This document shows positions 17,786-28,953 of a stretch of 64,000 nucleotides of DNA, piece by piece (the first letter of the stretch is position 1; every line of letters begins with the position of its first letter). The notes beneath the pieces are model-generated. The model ran no database searches. It was not told the DNA's origin and saw nothing but the letters and a program-made list of their open reading frames with translations. The position numbers and the translations under genes are program-made. Source of the DNA: the human T2T-CHM13v2.0 reference genome, Homo sapiens; NCBI RefSeq assembly GCF_009914755.1, contig NC_060928.1. One strand, written 5' to 3'.

Positions 17786-19413
17786 ACGAACATACTCAGT
17801 GTCAGCTTGAGCCTGCATTCCAAGCTTTTTTTTTAATTTGGTGTTTTCTCCCATCCTTTCCCTTTAACCCTCAGTATCAAGCACAAAAACTGATGGACTG
17901 ATAAAAGAACTATCTTAGAACTCAGAAGAAGAAAGAATCAAATTCATAGGATAAGTCAACACCTTAATGGTGGTAGAGCCTTTACCTGTAGCTTGAAAGG
18001 GGAAAGATTGGAGGTAAAAGAGAAAATGAAAGATAGAACACCTCTGGGTCCTTCTATCCAGTTTTCAGCACTAGTCTTACTCAGCTATCCATTATAGTTT
18101 TGCCCTTAAGAAGTAATGATTAACTTATGAAAAAATTATTTGGGGACAGGAGTGTGATGTCTTCCTTGTTTTTGTTTTTTTTTTTTTGCAGCCCTCAAAT
18201 CCTATCTTCCTGCCCCACAATGTGAGCAGCTACTCCTGATACTCCTTTTCTTTAATGATTTAACTTTCAACTTGATGAATAACTTATAAGTGATAGTGAT
18301 AATTCCTGATTCCAAGAATGCCATCTGATAAGAAAGAATAGAAATGGAAAGTGGGACTGAGAGGGAGTCAGCAGGAATGCTGCAGTGGCCGTCACTCCCT
18401 CTGCCACTATCCCCAGGGAAGGAAAGGCTCCGCCATTTGGGCAAGTGGTTTCTACATCACTGGACACCAGTTCTGAGCGTTAGTTTGAGAACTCGTTCCC
18501 GAATGTGCTTTCCTCCCTCTCCCCTGCCCGCCTCAAGTTTAATAAATATGGTTGTACTTTTCTTATTATAAAATAAATGTCTGTAACTGCTGTGCACTGC
18601 TGTAAACTTGTTAGAGAAAAAATAACCTGCATGTGGGCTCCTCAGTTATTGAGTTATTGTGATCCTATCTCAGTCTGGGGGGGAACATTCTCAAGAGGTG
18701 AAATACAGAAAGCCTTTTTTTCTTGATCTTTTCCCAGTTGTTCTTTTCTTGATCTTTTCCCGAGATTCAAATGTCCGATTCCCATTTGGGGGCAAGTTTT
18801 TTTCTTCACCTTCAATATGAAAATTCAGCGAAATTGAAAGAAAAATCATCTGTGAGTTCCTTCAGGTTCTCACTCATAGTCATGATCCTTCAGAGGGAAT
18901 ATGCACTGGCGAGTTTAAAGTAAGGGCTATGATATTTGATGGTCCCAAAGTACGGCAGCTGCAAAAAGTAGTGGAAGGAAATTGTCTTTCTACGTGTTTT
19001 GGGAAAATTAATTAGGAATTTGGATGGGTAAAAGGTACCCTTGCCTTACTTCATCTTATTTTCTTAGCCCCCTTTGAGTGTTTTAACTGGTTTCATGTCC
19101 TAGTAGGAAGTGCATTCTCCATCCTCATCCTCTGCCCTCCCAGGAAGTCAGTGATTGTCTTTTTGGGCTTCCCCTCCAAAGGACCTTCTGCAGTGGAAGA
19201 GCCTCATCCAGTTATTTTCTTTTGTTGCTGCTGTGTTTAGATAATTGAAGAGATCTTTGTGCCACACAGGATTTTTTTTTTTAAGAAAAACCTGCAGATG
19301 AAAAATTACTAATGAAACTGTGTGTACGTGTCTGTGCATGCAACATAAAAATACAGTAGCACCTAAGGAGCTTGAATCTTGGTTCCTGTAAAATTGCAAA
19401 TTGATGTGGTATT

Positions 19414-19418
<5 letters not shown>

Positions 19419-19450
<32 letters not shown>
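19419..19450 (+). repeat. (CA)16 microsatellite at the retrocopy tail position
   Basis: Perfect CA run between attaataa and the TSD. Confidence 0.95.
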
Positions 19451-19452
<2 letters not shown>

Positions 19453-22400
19453 GAATGTTGCATATTGGCCCCCACTCTCTTCTGGCTTGTAGAGTTTCTG
19501 CTGAGAGATCAGCTGTTAGTCTGATGGGCTTCCCTTTGTGGGTAACCTGACCTTTCTCTCTGGCTGCCCTTAGAATTTTTTCCTTCATTTCAACTTTGGT
19601 GAATCTGACAATTATGTGTCTTGGAGTTGCTCTTCTTGAGGAGTGTCTTTGTGACATTCTCAGTATTTCCTGAATTTGAATGTTGGTCTGCCTTGCTATA
19701 TTGAGGAAGTTCTCCTGGATAATATACTGCAGAGTATTTTCCAACTTGGTTCCATTCTCCCCATCACTTTCAGGTACACCAATCAGACGTAGATTTGGTC
19801 TTTTCACATAGTCCCATATTTCTTGGAGGCTTTGTTCGTTTCTTTTTATTCTTTTTTCTCTAAACTTCTCTTCATGCTTCATTTCATTCATTTCATCTTC
19901 CATCACTGATACCCTTCCTTCCAGTTGATCGCATCGGTTACTGAGTCTTGTGATTCGTCACGTAGTTTTCGTGCCTTGGTTTTCAGCTCCATCAGGTCCT
20001 TTAAGACTTCTCTGCATTGGTTATTCTAGTTATCCATTCATCTAATTTTTTTCAAAGTTTTTAACTTCTTTGCCATTGGTTCAAACTTCCTCCTTTAGCT
20101 CGGAGTAGTCTTCTGAAGTCTTCTTCTGTCAACTCGTCAAAGTCATTCTCCATCCAGCTTTGTTCCGTTGCTGGTGAGGAGCTGCGTTCCTTTGGAGGAG
20201 GAGAGATGCTCTGATTCTCAGAGTTTCTGGTTTTTCTGCTCTGTTTTTTCCCCATCTTTGTGGTTTTATCTACCTTTGGTCTTTGATGATGGTGACGTAC
20301 AGATGGGGTTTTGGTGTGGATGTCCTTTCTGTTTGTTAGTTTTCCTTCTAACAGTCAGGACCCTCAGCTGCAGGTCTGTTGGAGTTTGCTGGAGGTCCAT
20401 TCCAGACCTTGTTTGCCTGGGTATAAGCAGCGGTGGCTACAGAACAGCGGATATTGGTGAACCGCAAATGCTGCTGCCTGATTGTTCCTCTGGAAATTTT
20501 GTCTCAGAAGAGTACCTGGCGGTGTGAGGTGTCAGTCCACCCCTACTGGGGGGTGCCTCCCAGTTAGGCTACTCGGAGGTCAGGGTCCCACTTGAGGAGG
20601 CAGTCTGCCCATTCTCAGATCTCAAGCTGCGTGCTGGGAGAACCACTACTCTCTTCAAAGCTGTCAGACAGGGACATTTAATTCTGCAGAGGTTATTGCT
20701 GTCTTTTGTTTGTCTGTGCCCTGCCCCGAGAGGTGGAGCCTACAGAGGCAGGCAGGCCTCCTTGAGGTGTGGTGGGCTCTACCCAGATCGAAATTCCCAG
20801 CCGCTTTGTTTACCTACTCAAGCTTGGGCAATGGTGGGCGCCCTTCCCCCAGCCTTGCTGCTGCCTTGCAGTTTGATGTCAGACTGCTGTGCTAGCAATG
20901 AACGAGGCTCCGTGGGCGTAGGGCCCTCCGAGCCATTTGCGGGATATAATCTCCTGGTGTGCCATTTGTTGAGTCCATTGGAAAAGCGCAGTATTAGGGT
21001 GGGAGTGACCCGATTTTCCAGGTGCTGTCTGTCACCCCTTTCTTTGACTAGGAAAGGGAATTCCCTGACCCCTTGTGCTTCCCGGGTGAGGCAATGCCTC
21101 ACCCTGCTTTGGCTCACGCACGGTGCACTGCACCCACTGTCCTGCCCCCACTGTCCGGCACTCCCCAGTGAGATGAACCCAGTACCTCAGTTGGAAATGC
21201 AGAAATCACCCGTCTTCTGCATCGCTCACGCTGGGAGCTGTTGACTGGAGCTGTTCCTATTTGGCCATCTTGGCTCCACCCCCCGCCATTATCACATATT
21301 CTTATGCAGTCTCTGTATTTATTATAGTCAGGCCTGGAAGGGTTAAATTTTTCTCTTTCGCATCTAAGAAAATCCGCCTTAATAGAATTATTTCTAGTAA
21401 ACAAACTGAAGATCAGAAGCCAAAACATGTGAAGTGCTCTGATTTCAAAAAGGAAATGTACATTTTGTTTTCTCTGTCCAAGAAACTGAATTAATCTTGT
21501 TCTGTCTCCAACTTTCAGATCCATTAGCTTTGACCACAGGATGGGCACCAATGGGCATATTTGCTTGCTATTTTTCATTAAGCATAAATCTAAAGAACAA
21601 TATGCACTTTCAAAGTCTTTTGAATTTGCTTGACTGTGGATGAGTTGGAATTGTAACCCCAGGTTCCAGTCCAGTACCTGCAAAAAATTAGACCAAATGA
21701 AAAAGAATTTAGGCAGCAGTTGAGAAAATATATTAACAAGAACCAGTACACTTTAGTTGCTGGATTTCACTGCCTTTGGCCATATTCTGAGTCATACTGT
21801 GTCAGTGAGCATAACAACTTTTGTTCCTTTAACATTGGAGTGGATTGTTGGGTATTATATAGGCTAGTGAATTATTCATAGAAATTTGAATTATTCAAAT
21901 ATATCAACAAATTTCTCTTATTCTGAAGCAATAAAATATAAATTAATTAATACTCGACAGTTCTATTCAATGTTTTGTCAAGGAGCTTTCTAATACTATA
22001 AAAGTAAATTTACTAGGCCTTGAGTATTCTAAAATGCTGTTGTCACTGCTAGCTTTAAACATGTAAGGACATAGAAGCAACAAAATTGGCCAAGGACAAA
22101 GAGAGAATGTGTCAGCACTGAAACTGAAGTCTTGGATCCACATCTGGGTGTTACATTACCAAACAGGAGGAGATAAAGATGGATACTTTATCTGTGCTGG
22201 GCTAAAAGGTGCCATTTCAATGATTTGGGAAGAAATTGAGTTTGCAAAAATGAATGTAACATAAGAGGCAAGAAACAAGATAGAGGAAACTCAATTTTCA
22301 TCCTGAAGAGAACGTTTGGAGGGCATTTGAATGTGTTCTTTTAGTATATCTAAGAAAACAAAAATCTCAATAAGGTAGTTAAAACTATTAAAAGGTAGCT

Positions 22401-22489
22401 CTCTATTTGAAGAATCACCATGTGGAGGAAAGATAAATCAAATTTCTTACTTAGAAACCAAAACTTACCCTTCTTTGTCAGATAGGCTG

Positions 22490-22640
22490 GGTTCAGATTC
22501 TGATAATGTCATTGGCTAGCTGTGTGATCGTGGGCAGGTATCTCTCTAAAAGTGAGTTGCTAACAGTACCAAATGAAGTAACACATGGAAAGCATTTATC
22601 CATTTGGCCCATAGTATGCATCCAATAAATGGTAACTACA
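22490..22640 (+). mobile_element. MIR fragment
   Basis: ctgggttcagattctga...ctagctgtgtgatcgtgggcagg...ccaataaatggtaac. Confidence 0.55.
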
Positions 22641-22658
22641 CTACTGCTACTACTACTA

Positions 22659-23113
22659 CAGCTTAAGCAAGCACATGGGGGAATCTGGGCATGCATGGAA
22701 AGCATATGTTGGAGCTGAAGGGGGCTAGGAAGTCCTTTTATCCCTTGGGGATGATGAATAAACTATGTTGTGCACCTGCATTTTGACTGACAACTGTCAC
22801 ATGAGATCAAGTGTGGAATTTTGCACTTGTGACGTCATATCAATGCTCAGGAAGTTTCAAACTTTGGAGCATTTTGGATTTTGGATTTTCACATTGGGGA
22901 TGCTCACCCTGTAGTAGTAGCAGTGGTAACCACTGTGCATTATTTACTGTGTTTTTATTGCTTGTTCTCTGCTCTATGGGGATAAATATAATGTTGAAAA
23001 TGTTAAAAAAAAAAAAAAAAAAAAGGCCTGCATAGCACCTATAGGGTAGTGAAAGAATTCCAAAATCTGAAATACTTCTGGTCCCAATGATTTCAGCTAA
23101 GAGGTACTCAATG
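22659..23113. mobile_element. Rearranged, internally deleted Tigger4 (Zombi/MER46-like)
   Basis: About 22672-22911 is the reverse complement of the Tigger4 5' end; 22933-23113 is forward internal sequence plus the 3' end (gaaatacttctggtccca...actcaatg|TA). Confidence 0.7.
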
Positions 23114-24910
23114 TATACTACTACTATATTATTATTTGTTCCCCTTCATTTCACTATGTCCCCACTCACTCACTTGTCTTTTCATCCCTCCTACTTTATT
23201 CAACTACATTATAATCTAGGCAAGGAATAATTGAGTCAGAAAATTGACATAATTAATGCTCAGATCAAAAAGCTCAATTGCCTCAAAACTTGAAGTTCTT
23301 TTTTTCTGTGATGTGTTTTTTATGAAAGAATGGTTCCACTTAAAATGACTTCATTTCTTACCTTTCTAAAATGATGGAGGTCATCTGAACATCTGCTATG
23401 AAGCTGCAGCTGTCTCTGAGTATGTCTTTATTTTTTTAACCTCTAAAATAACCTTTTTATCTTTTTATTTCAGAGAGAAAGGTATTCTTCCTCCTTGGAA
23501 GTTACCTTTCCCCAGGTTTTCAGTATCCTTGAGAAAACTGCTCCCACATTTTCCCTATTCTTCTTTCCATTCACCTCAAAAATATCACAAGATGTTTCAA
23601 AGTTTTTTTAAAAAAGTGGACATATGAATATCCAACTAGAAAAAAAAGTTAAAAGACGCACAAAATTCTACCACCTAGAATCACTATCATTATTAGCATA
23701 TGTGTTCATTTCAGACATCTCTTTTTATTTGCACATGGAAAGAAAAAATAATAAATAGATAATAACTCTTCAAAAATCAAACAACTTTTTATATTCAAAC
23801 TACTTTTTAAATTCAATATTAAAAATATTGAATTTATTGTCATTTGAAATCCATAGACAATATAAAAAATGAAATTGAAGGAATTGATGAACTTTAGGTA
23901 GATGTTTCTCTGCCAAAATAAATATTATTTCCTAAGAAAAACCTTAAAGTTTGATGGGGGGAAAGACAGGAACTTTGGGACTTCTACTTCTAGCCCATAT
24001 GAAATACCAGGGACAAGATACGTCCTCTTGTCTTAAAGAAGTAAAGAACGGAATGAAATCTATGGAACAATAGTTTTAATACATGGAACAACAAACATTG
24101 CAGGAAAGTGATTTCTGAGGGAAGGAAAACAAATAATGTAAGCCCTATGTTTGTCTGAGGGAATTTCTAAAGAGAATTTCTAAGCCTCGGAACAGGTAGC
24201 GTAAACCAAAAAGGAGCCCGGTAGTCTCTCTGAGATGAGGAGTCAGAGTTCAGATTTTAAAGGGGCTAAGGTGCGGGCAATTAATGGAATGGAGTCAGAG
24301 AGAGGAAAAATCTTCAAAGACAAAGAGTTCCGAAGATCTATAGAGGGTTCACCCTTGAATCTTTACCTCATCATTGCATACGTTGAGGAAACTGTAAAGG
24401 CAATGAAAGAGCTACTACGAAGGAGCAGGTGGAACAATCCTTGGAGATCACACGGGTTTGGGAATAATACATCTTTCCACCAGCCAGACTGGAAAGACCT
24501 CCTAACACTTGAGACAATCAACTAGAGCTATCAAAAGAGTATTACCTCAGTAATGAAACCAATTAAGCTTGAAAAGTCACCAGCTTAACTATTCCAGCTT
24601 AATTGGCTCCATTACCTTCAGGTGATTTAGATTTTCTGTTTGAATGCCTAAGTAATTTTTTGTAATGTCATAATTGATTCAATGTTGATTTTTCTATATC
24701 AGTTTTGGCTATAATATGTTGTACCCTTTCAATCTGGTTATTAATGTCTTCTATTTCAAAGAAAATGTGGTATGCTATATTATATACCTTCTCTATTTAT
24801 TTGTATTTATCTACTTTAGAAAATCTCCTATGTTGGATCATCTTTGTCTGTCTTCCATATCTACTATTTTTCTCCATAATTTCTTTTTCTTTTAAAAACT
24901 TTTATCTCTG

Positions 24911-25452
24911 TGTATCACTTTGCTAGGGCTGCCATAAAAAAATACCACAAACTGAGTGGCTTACACAATACAAATTTATTTTCCCACAGTTCTGAAAGCT
25001 GGAAGTCCAAGATCAAGGTGCTGGCAGGATGGGTTTCTCCTGAGGTCTCTCTCCTTGGCTTGTAGAGCCCACTTTCTTGCCGTGTCCTCACATGACTCTT
25101 TCTCTGGGCATGTGCATTCCTAGTGTCTCTTCTCCTTCTTATAAGGGCATGAGTTCTATTGGATTAGGGCCTTACCCTTCTGACCTTATTTTAGCTTAAT
25201 TACTTCTTTAAAGGGGTGTGTGTAAAACTTTTATTTTAGATTCAGGAGGTACATGTATAGGTTTGTTGCATAGGTATATTGTGTGATGTTGAGGTTTGGA
25301 ATATAATTCATCCAATAACCCAGGTAGTGAGCATAGGAAATTTTTCAGCCTAAAGCCCCTATCTTTAAATATATCACATTTAAAGGTACTGGAAGTTAGA
25401 GCTTCAATGTATGAATTTGGCCGTGGGGGTGGACACAATTCAGCCCATAACA
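24911..25452 (-). mobile_element. MLT1A/B-type MaLR LTR with an old L1PA 3' fragment inside (~25228-25350)
   Basis: gctagggctgccata...accacaaactgagtggctt...gacacaattcagcccataaca. Confidence 0.75.
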
Positions 25453-25929
25453 TGTTGTGATAACATAGAGTTATCACAAGTATTTTCTATACTTTATTCA
25501 TATATTTGCTATTCCTTGAAGTTTATGGTTTCTTGATTTTGAAATAGTGTTGTCTTCAATCCTTAGCTTTCAATCTCCACTTTCAATTTGTCTAGTGCTT
25601 CTCACTGGAACTTGCATTCTTGTTCTATTGTATCCATGTTCTCAAATCATGAAATACTCGTAGAAAATTACCTTCTGTTTTATGAGTCATATTTTCATCG
25701 AAATTGGATTCTTCATCTCTACTTTGAATAAATATCCCTTTCTTCTTTTTCACCCTGTAGAGTACTTGCATGATTGTGGTGGTTTTTCATTTCATTTTGT
25801 GTTTTGTTAACCTTGTTTCTACATAAGTTGGGAAGCTTTTCCCAGATCTCCTACTTATTCCGGTGGTGAGTTCCTTATTTCTTTTTTATTTAATTTGAGA
25901 ATCGTATCTTCCTTTTGCTTCCACCAAGC

Positions 25930-27860
25930 ATAATTTAGAAAATTCAAGGGGAGAAAGAAAGCCAATTGTATTTACCCATATCTTCACTCTTTCTATTGTT
26001 CTGTCTTCTTTTCTGTTGTCCTGAGATTCCTCCTTTTTTTGTTTTATTGTTGTTGTTGTTCATTTGTTTCAAGAATTTCATTTTGTCGTTCTTTTGAATA
26101 GGTCTGCTGGTGACAAATTCTCTTGGTTTTCTGAATCTGAATATGTCTTGAATTCTTCTTTAATCCTGAAGTATATTTTTACTGGACAAAGAATTCTCAG
26201 TTGAAAGTTTTTTCTTTTAGCATTTAAAATGATATTCTATTTCTTTCTAGTCTCTATGATTTCTAATGAGAAATCACTCTTTTTCAAGTTATTTTTCCCC
26301 TACAGGTAAGGTGTTTCTTTCTTGCTAACTTCAAGATTTTTTTCTTTGTCTTTAGTTTTCAGAAATTTCACTGTGTTTTGTCTTAGTATGAATCTTTCAT
26401 TTTATATTGCTTAAGTTTCTCTCAGCTTTCTGAATCTGAAAGTTTATGTCTTTCAGGAATTTTCAGCTATTACTGCTTTGAATACTTTTTTCAGCCCCAC
26501 CCTTTTTCACCAATTCTTTTAGGACTCCAATGACACAATTGTTAGATCTTTTGTTAGAGTCCAATATGTCCCTGAAGCTCTCTTTGTTTGTTTTCAGTCT
26601 ATTTACTCTTTATTTTTTAGATTGAGTAATTTCTATTGTACTGTCTTAAAGTTTACTGATTCTTTCTCTTGTCCTATTCATTCTTCTGTTGAGCCAATCC
26701 AATGAGCTTTTAAATTTTGGTTATTTTACTTTTCAGTTCTAAAATTTTTATTTGATTCTTCTTTATATCTTCTATTTCTTTGCCAAGGCTTCCTTTTGTG
26801 TTTCAAACATGTTCATAATTTCTTGTTGAAGCATTTTTATGATGGCTGCTTTAAACTCCTTGTCAGATAATTCCAACATCAGCATGGTGTCTGCTGGTTG
26901 TCTTTTCTTATTCAACTTGAGATTTTCTTGGTTCCTGATATGACGAGTGATTCTTGATTGTTTCTTGGACACTTTTGGTATTATGTTATGACACTTTGGA
27001 TATTATTTAAGTTTTCTGTTTCAACAGACCTCCTGTGACACTCCACTGGTGGGAGAAGGGAGATGGTACCTTGTTTCTGTCAGGTGGGAGAAGTCTAAAT
27101 CCCCCACGCAACATGCCAGAGGAAGACGGAAGGGATCCTCATTAGTGCTGGCAGTGTTGGAAGTGCAAACTTCCCACTAGGCCTTCCACCCTGACTGGGA
27201 GGGTGAAGGACACCTTGTTACTTTTCCCCACATGGTCTCTGCTGACACTGAGTTGGGGGATTTTTTTACCATTGGAAGTTGGTAAAAGTCGGACTTCTCA
27301 CTTGGCCTTCTCTGACATCATGCTGGTGGGAAAGGGGAGGAATGCCTCATTACTACTAGGTTCGTTTGGAAGTTTTAGGCTCCCAATTTGGTCTCTACTG
27401 ACACCCCTTGTCGTAGGGCATGGCTCCTTGCTGTGTGAAAGTTCAGGGTCCTGACTCAGCTTTTGCTGATGTGCTAGCCATGAAGCTGCAGTTTTTTCAG
27501 AATGTTTGGTTGGGTTAGAGGAGTTAGTTATTGTCTGAAAGTTTTCTATCTTACTAAACTGTCCCTTTCACCATCCTTTGACTAGACAGAGTCACCTTTT
27601 CTTGTTGTTTATTGTTTGTTTCTGTCTGTGCCCATTGTGATTTCTGAGTTGCCAGCTTGTCCCTAACCCAGTATGGGATACATGAAGCAAAAAAGAAACC
27701 CAGGGAACTCACCTCTCTGTCTTTTTTCAGGTTTCTAAATCCCTATTCAGTTGTTTCTCTTCTTTCCGCCTTTCAGCATTATGTTTTGTTTGTTTCGTAT
27801 GTAATGTCTGGAAATTTTAGCTGTAAAGTGGGAAGAATAGGGAGAAGGTTGTCTACTCCA
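25930..27860 (-). mobile_element. Ancient L1M 5'/ORF1 region
   Basis: ORF 26772-26972 (LELSDKEFKAAIIKMLQ) resembles an old L1 ORF1 N-terminus; T-rich strand bias. Confidence 0.6.
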
Positions 27861-28115
27861 AATTGTCCTGTGTCTTCCTTTTTCAACAACAATGTGAGAG
27901 CTGGATATTGAGTTCAATCCACTTTTCTATAACCTGATGTTATAGAAACGTGGTAGCAGGAGAGCTCTGTGCAATTGTGAATTGCCTTAATTAGAGAAAC
28001 TGTAGTTTGTTTTGTCTTTAAACTTTGTTCCTAGCTTTCATATTGGAAGATACCCTTGCATATTTCTCCACGTGAGAACTTATGTCTGAGAGAGTCTCTT
28101 CTGGTTATTTTATTA

Positions 28116-28558
28116 CCGTTGATCTTTTAACAATGTGGGAGTTAAGCGTGCCAGCCCCCTGTGCAGTCAAAAATCTGCACATAACTTTTGACTCCCCCAA
28201 ACTTAACTACTAATATCCTACTGTTGACCAGAAACCTTAAAGCCTTACTGATAACATAAACCATTGATTCATATGTTTTTATGTTATACATATTTTATAT
28301 ATATGTTATATATATCTATATATATAGCTAAAGAAAAGAAAATGTTATTAAGAAAATCATAAAGAAGAGAAAATATATTTACTATTCATTAAGTGGAAGT
28401 GGATCATCATAAAGGCTTTATCCTCATCATTTCCCATGGATTAGGCTGAGGAGGAAGAAGAGGGTTGGTCTTGCTGTGTTTCAGAGAAGACAGAGGAAGA
28501 AGAAAATTTCTGTATAAGCAGACCCACATAGTTCAAACCCATGTTCAAGGTGACACTG
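28116..28558 (+). mobile_element. Tigger2a/MER28-like MITE
   Basis: TA|ccgttgatcttttaacaa...gttcaaggtgacactg|TA. Confidence 0.75.
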
Positions 28559-28750
28559 TACTTTGTTTTACCTACTTCTTGCTATGTAACTTTCGTACAT
28601 GCATGCATTCTAACATAAAATAATTTTTCAAAGGGAGAGGTAAAGTACAAAATTCAACCAATCTTCTCTCCTACTCTTACAGTATCAGTGGAAACTCTCA
28701 GGATTTGTTGACTCACCAGTACTGTTTCTGACGTGTTGAATGGGTTAGAT

Positions 28751-28953
28751 CAAGGTTTCTCAACTTTGAGGCTATTGACTTTTTGGTTCAAATACTTCCT
28801 TGTTTTTGCCCTGAGTAATGTTGGTTATTTAACGGCATCCCTGGCCTCTACCTACTAGTAGAATATGCCCCACTTGTAAGAACAAAATATGTCTCCAGAC
28901 ATTGCCAAATGTCCCTTGAGTGGCAAAAAATCAGTCCTGGTCGAGACCCACTG
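28751..28953. mobile_element. MER20 (hAT-Charlie)
   Basis: caaggtttctcaac...ccagacattgccaaatgtccc...gtcgagacccactg with an 8-bp TSD ggttagat / ggttagaa. Confidence 0.85.

Larger units (their letters stand above)
16837..19450 (+). pseudogene. RTN3P1: Processed retrocopy of reticulon-3 short-isoform mRNA with 5' UTR, CDS and ~1.7 kb 3' UTR
   Basis: Intronless [10 protein letters not shown]...[14 protein letters not shown]...(reticulon domain)...[12 protein letters not shown]; own TSD aagaatgttgca at 16825-16836 and 19451-19462. The RTN3P1 symbol is inferred from the parent gene, not from locus mapping. Confidence 0.9.
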
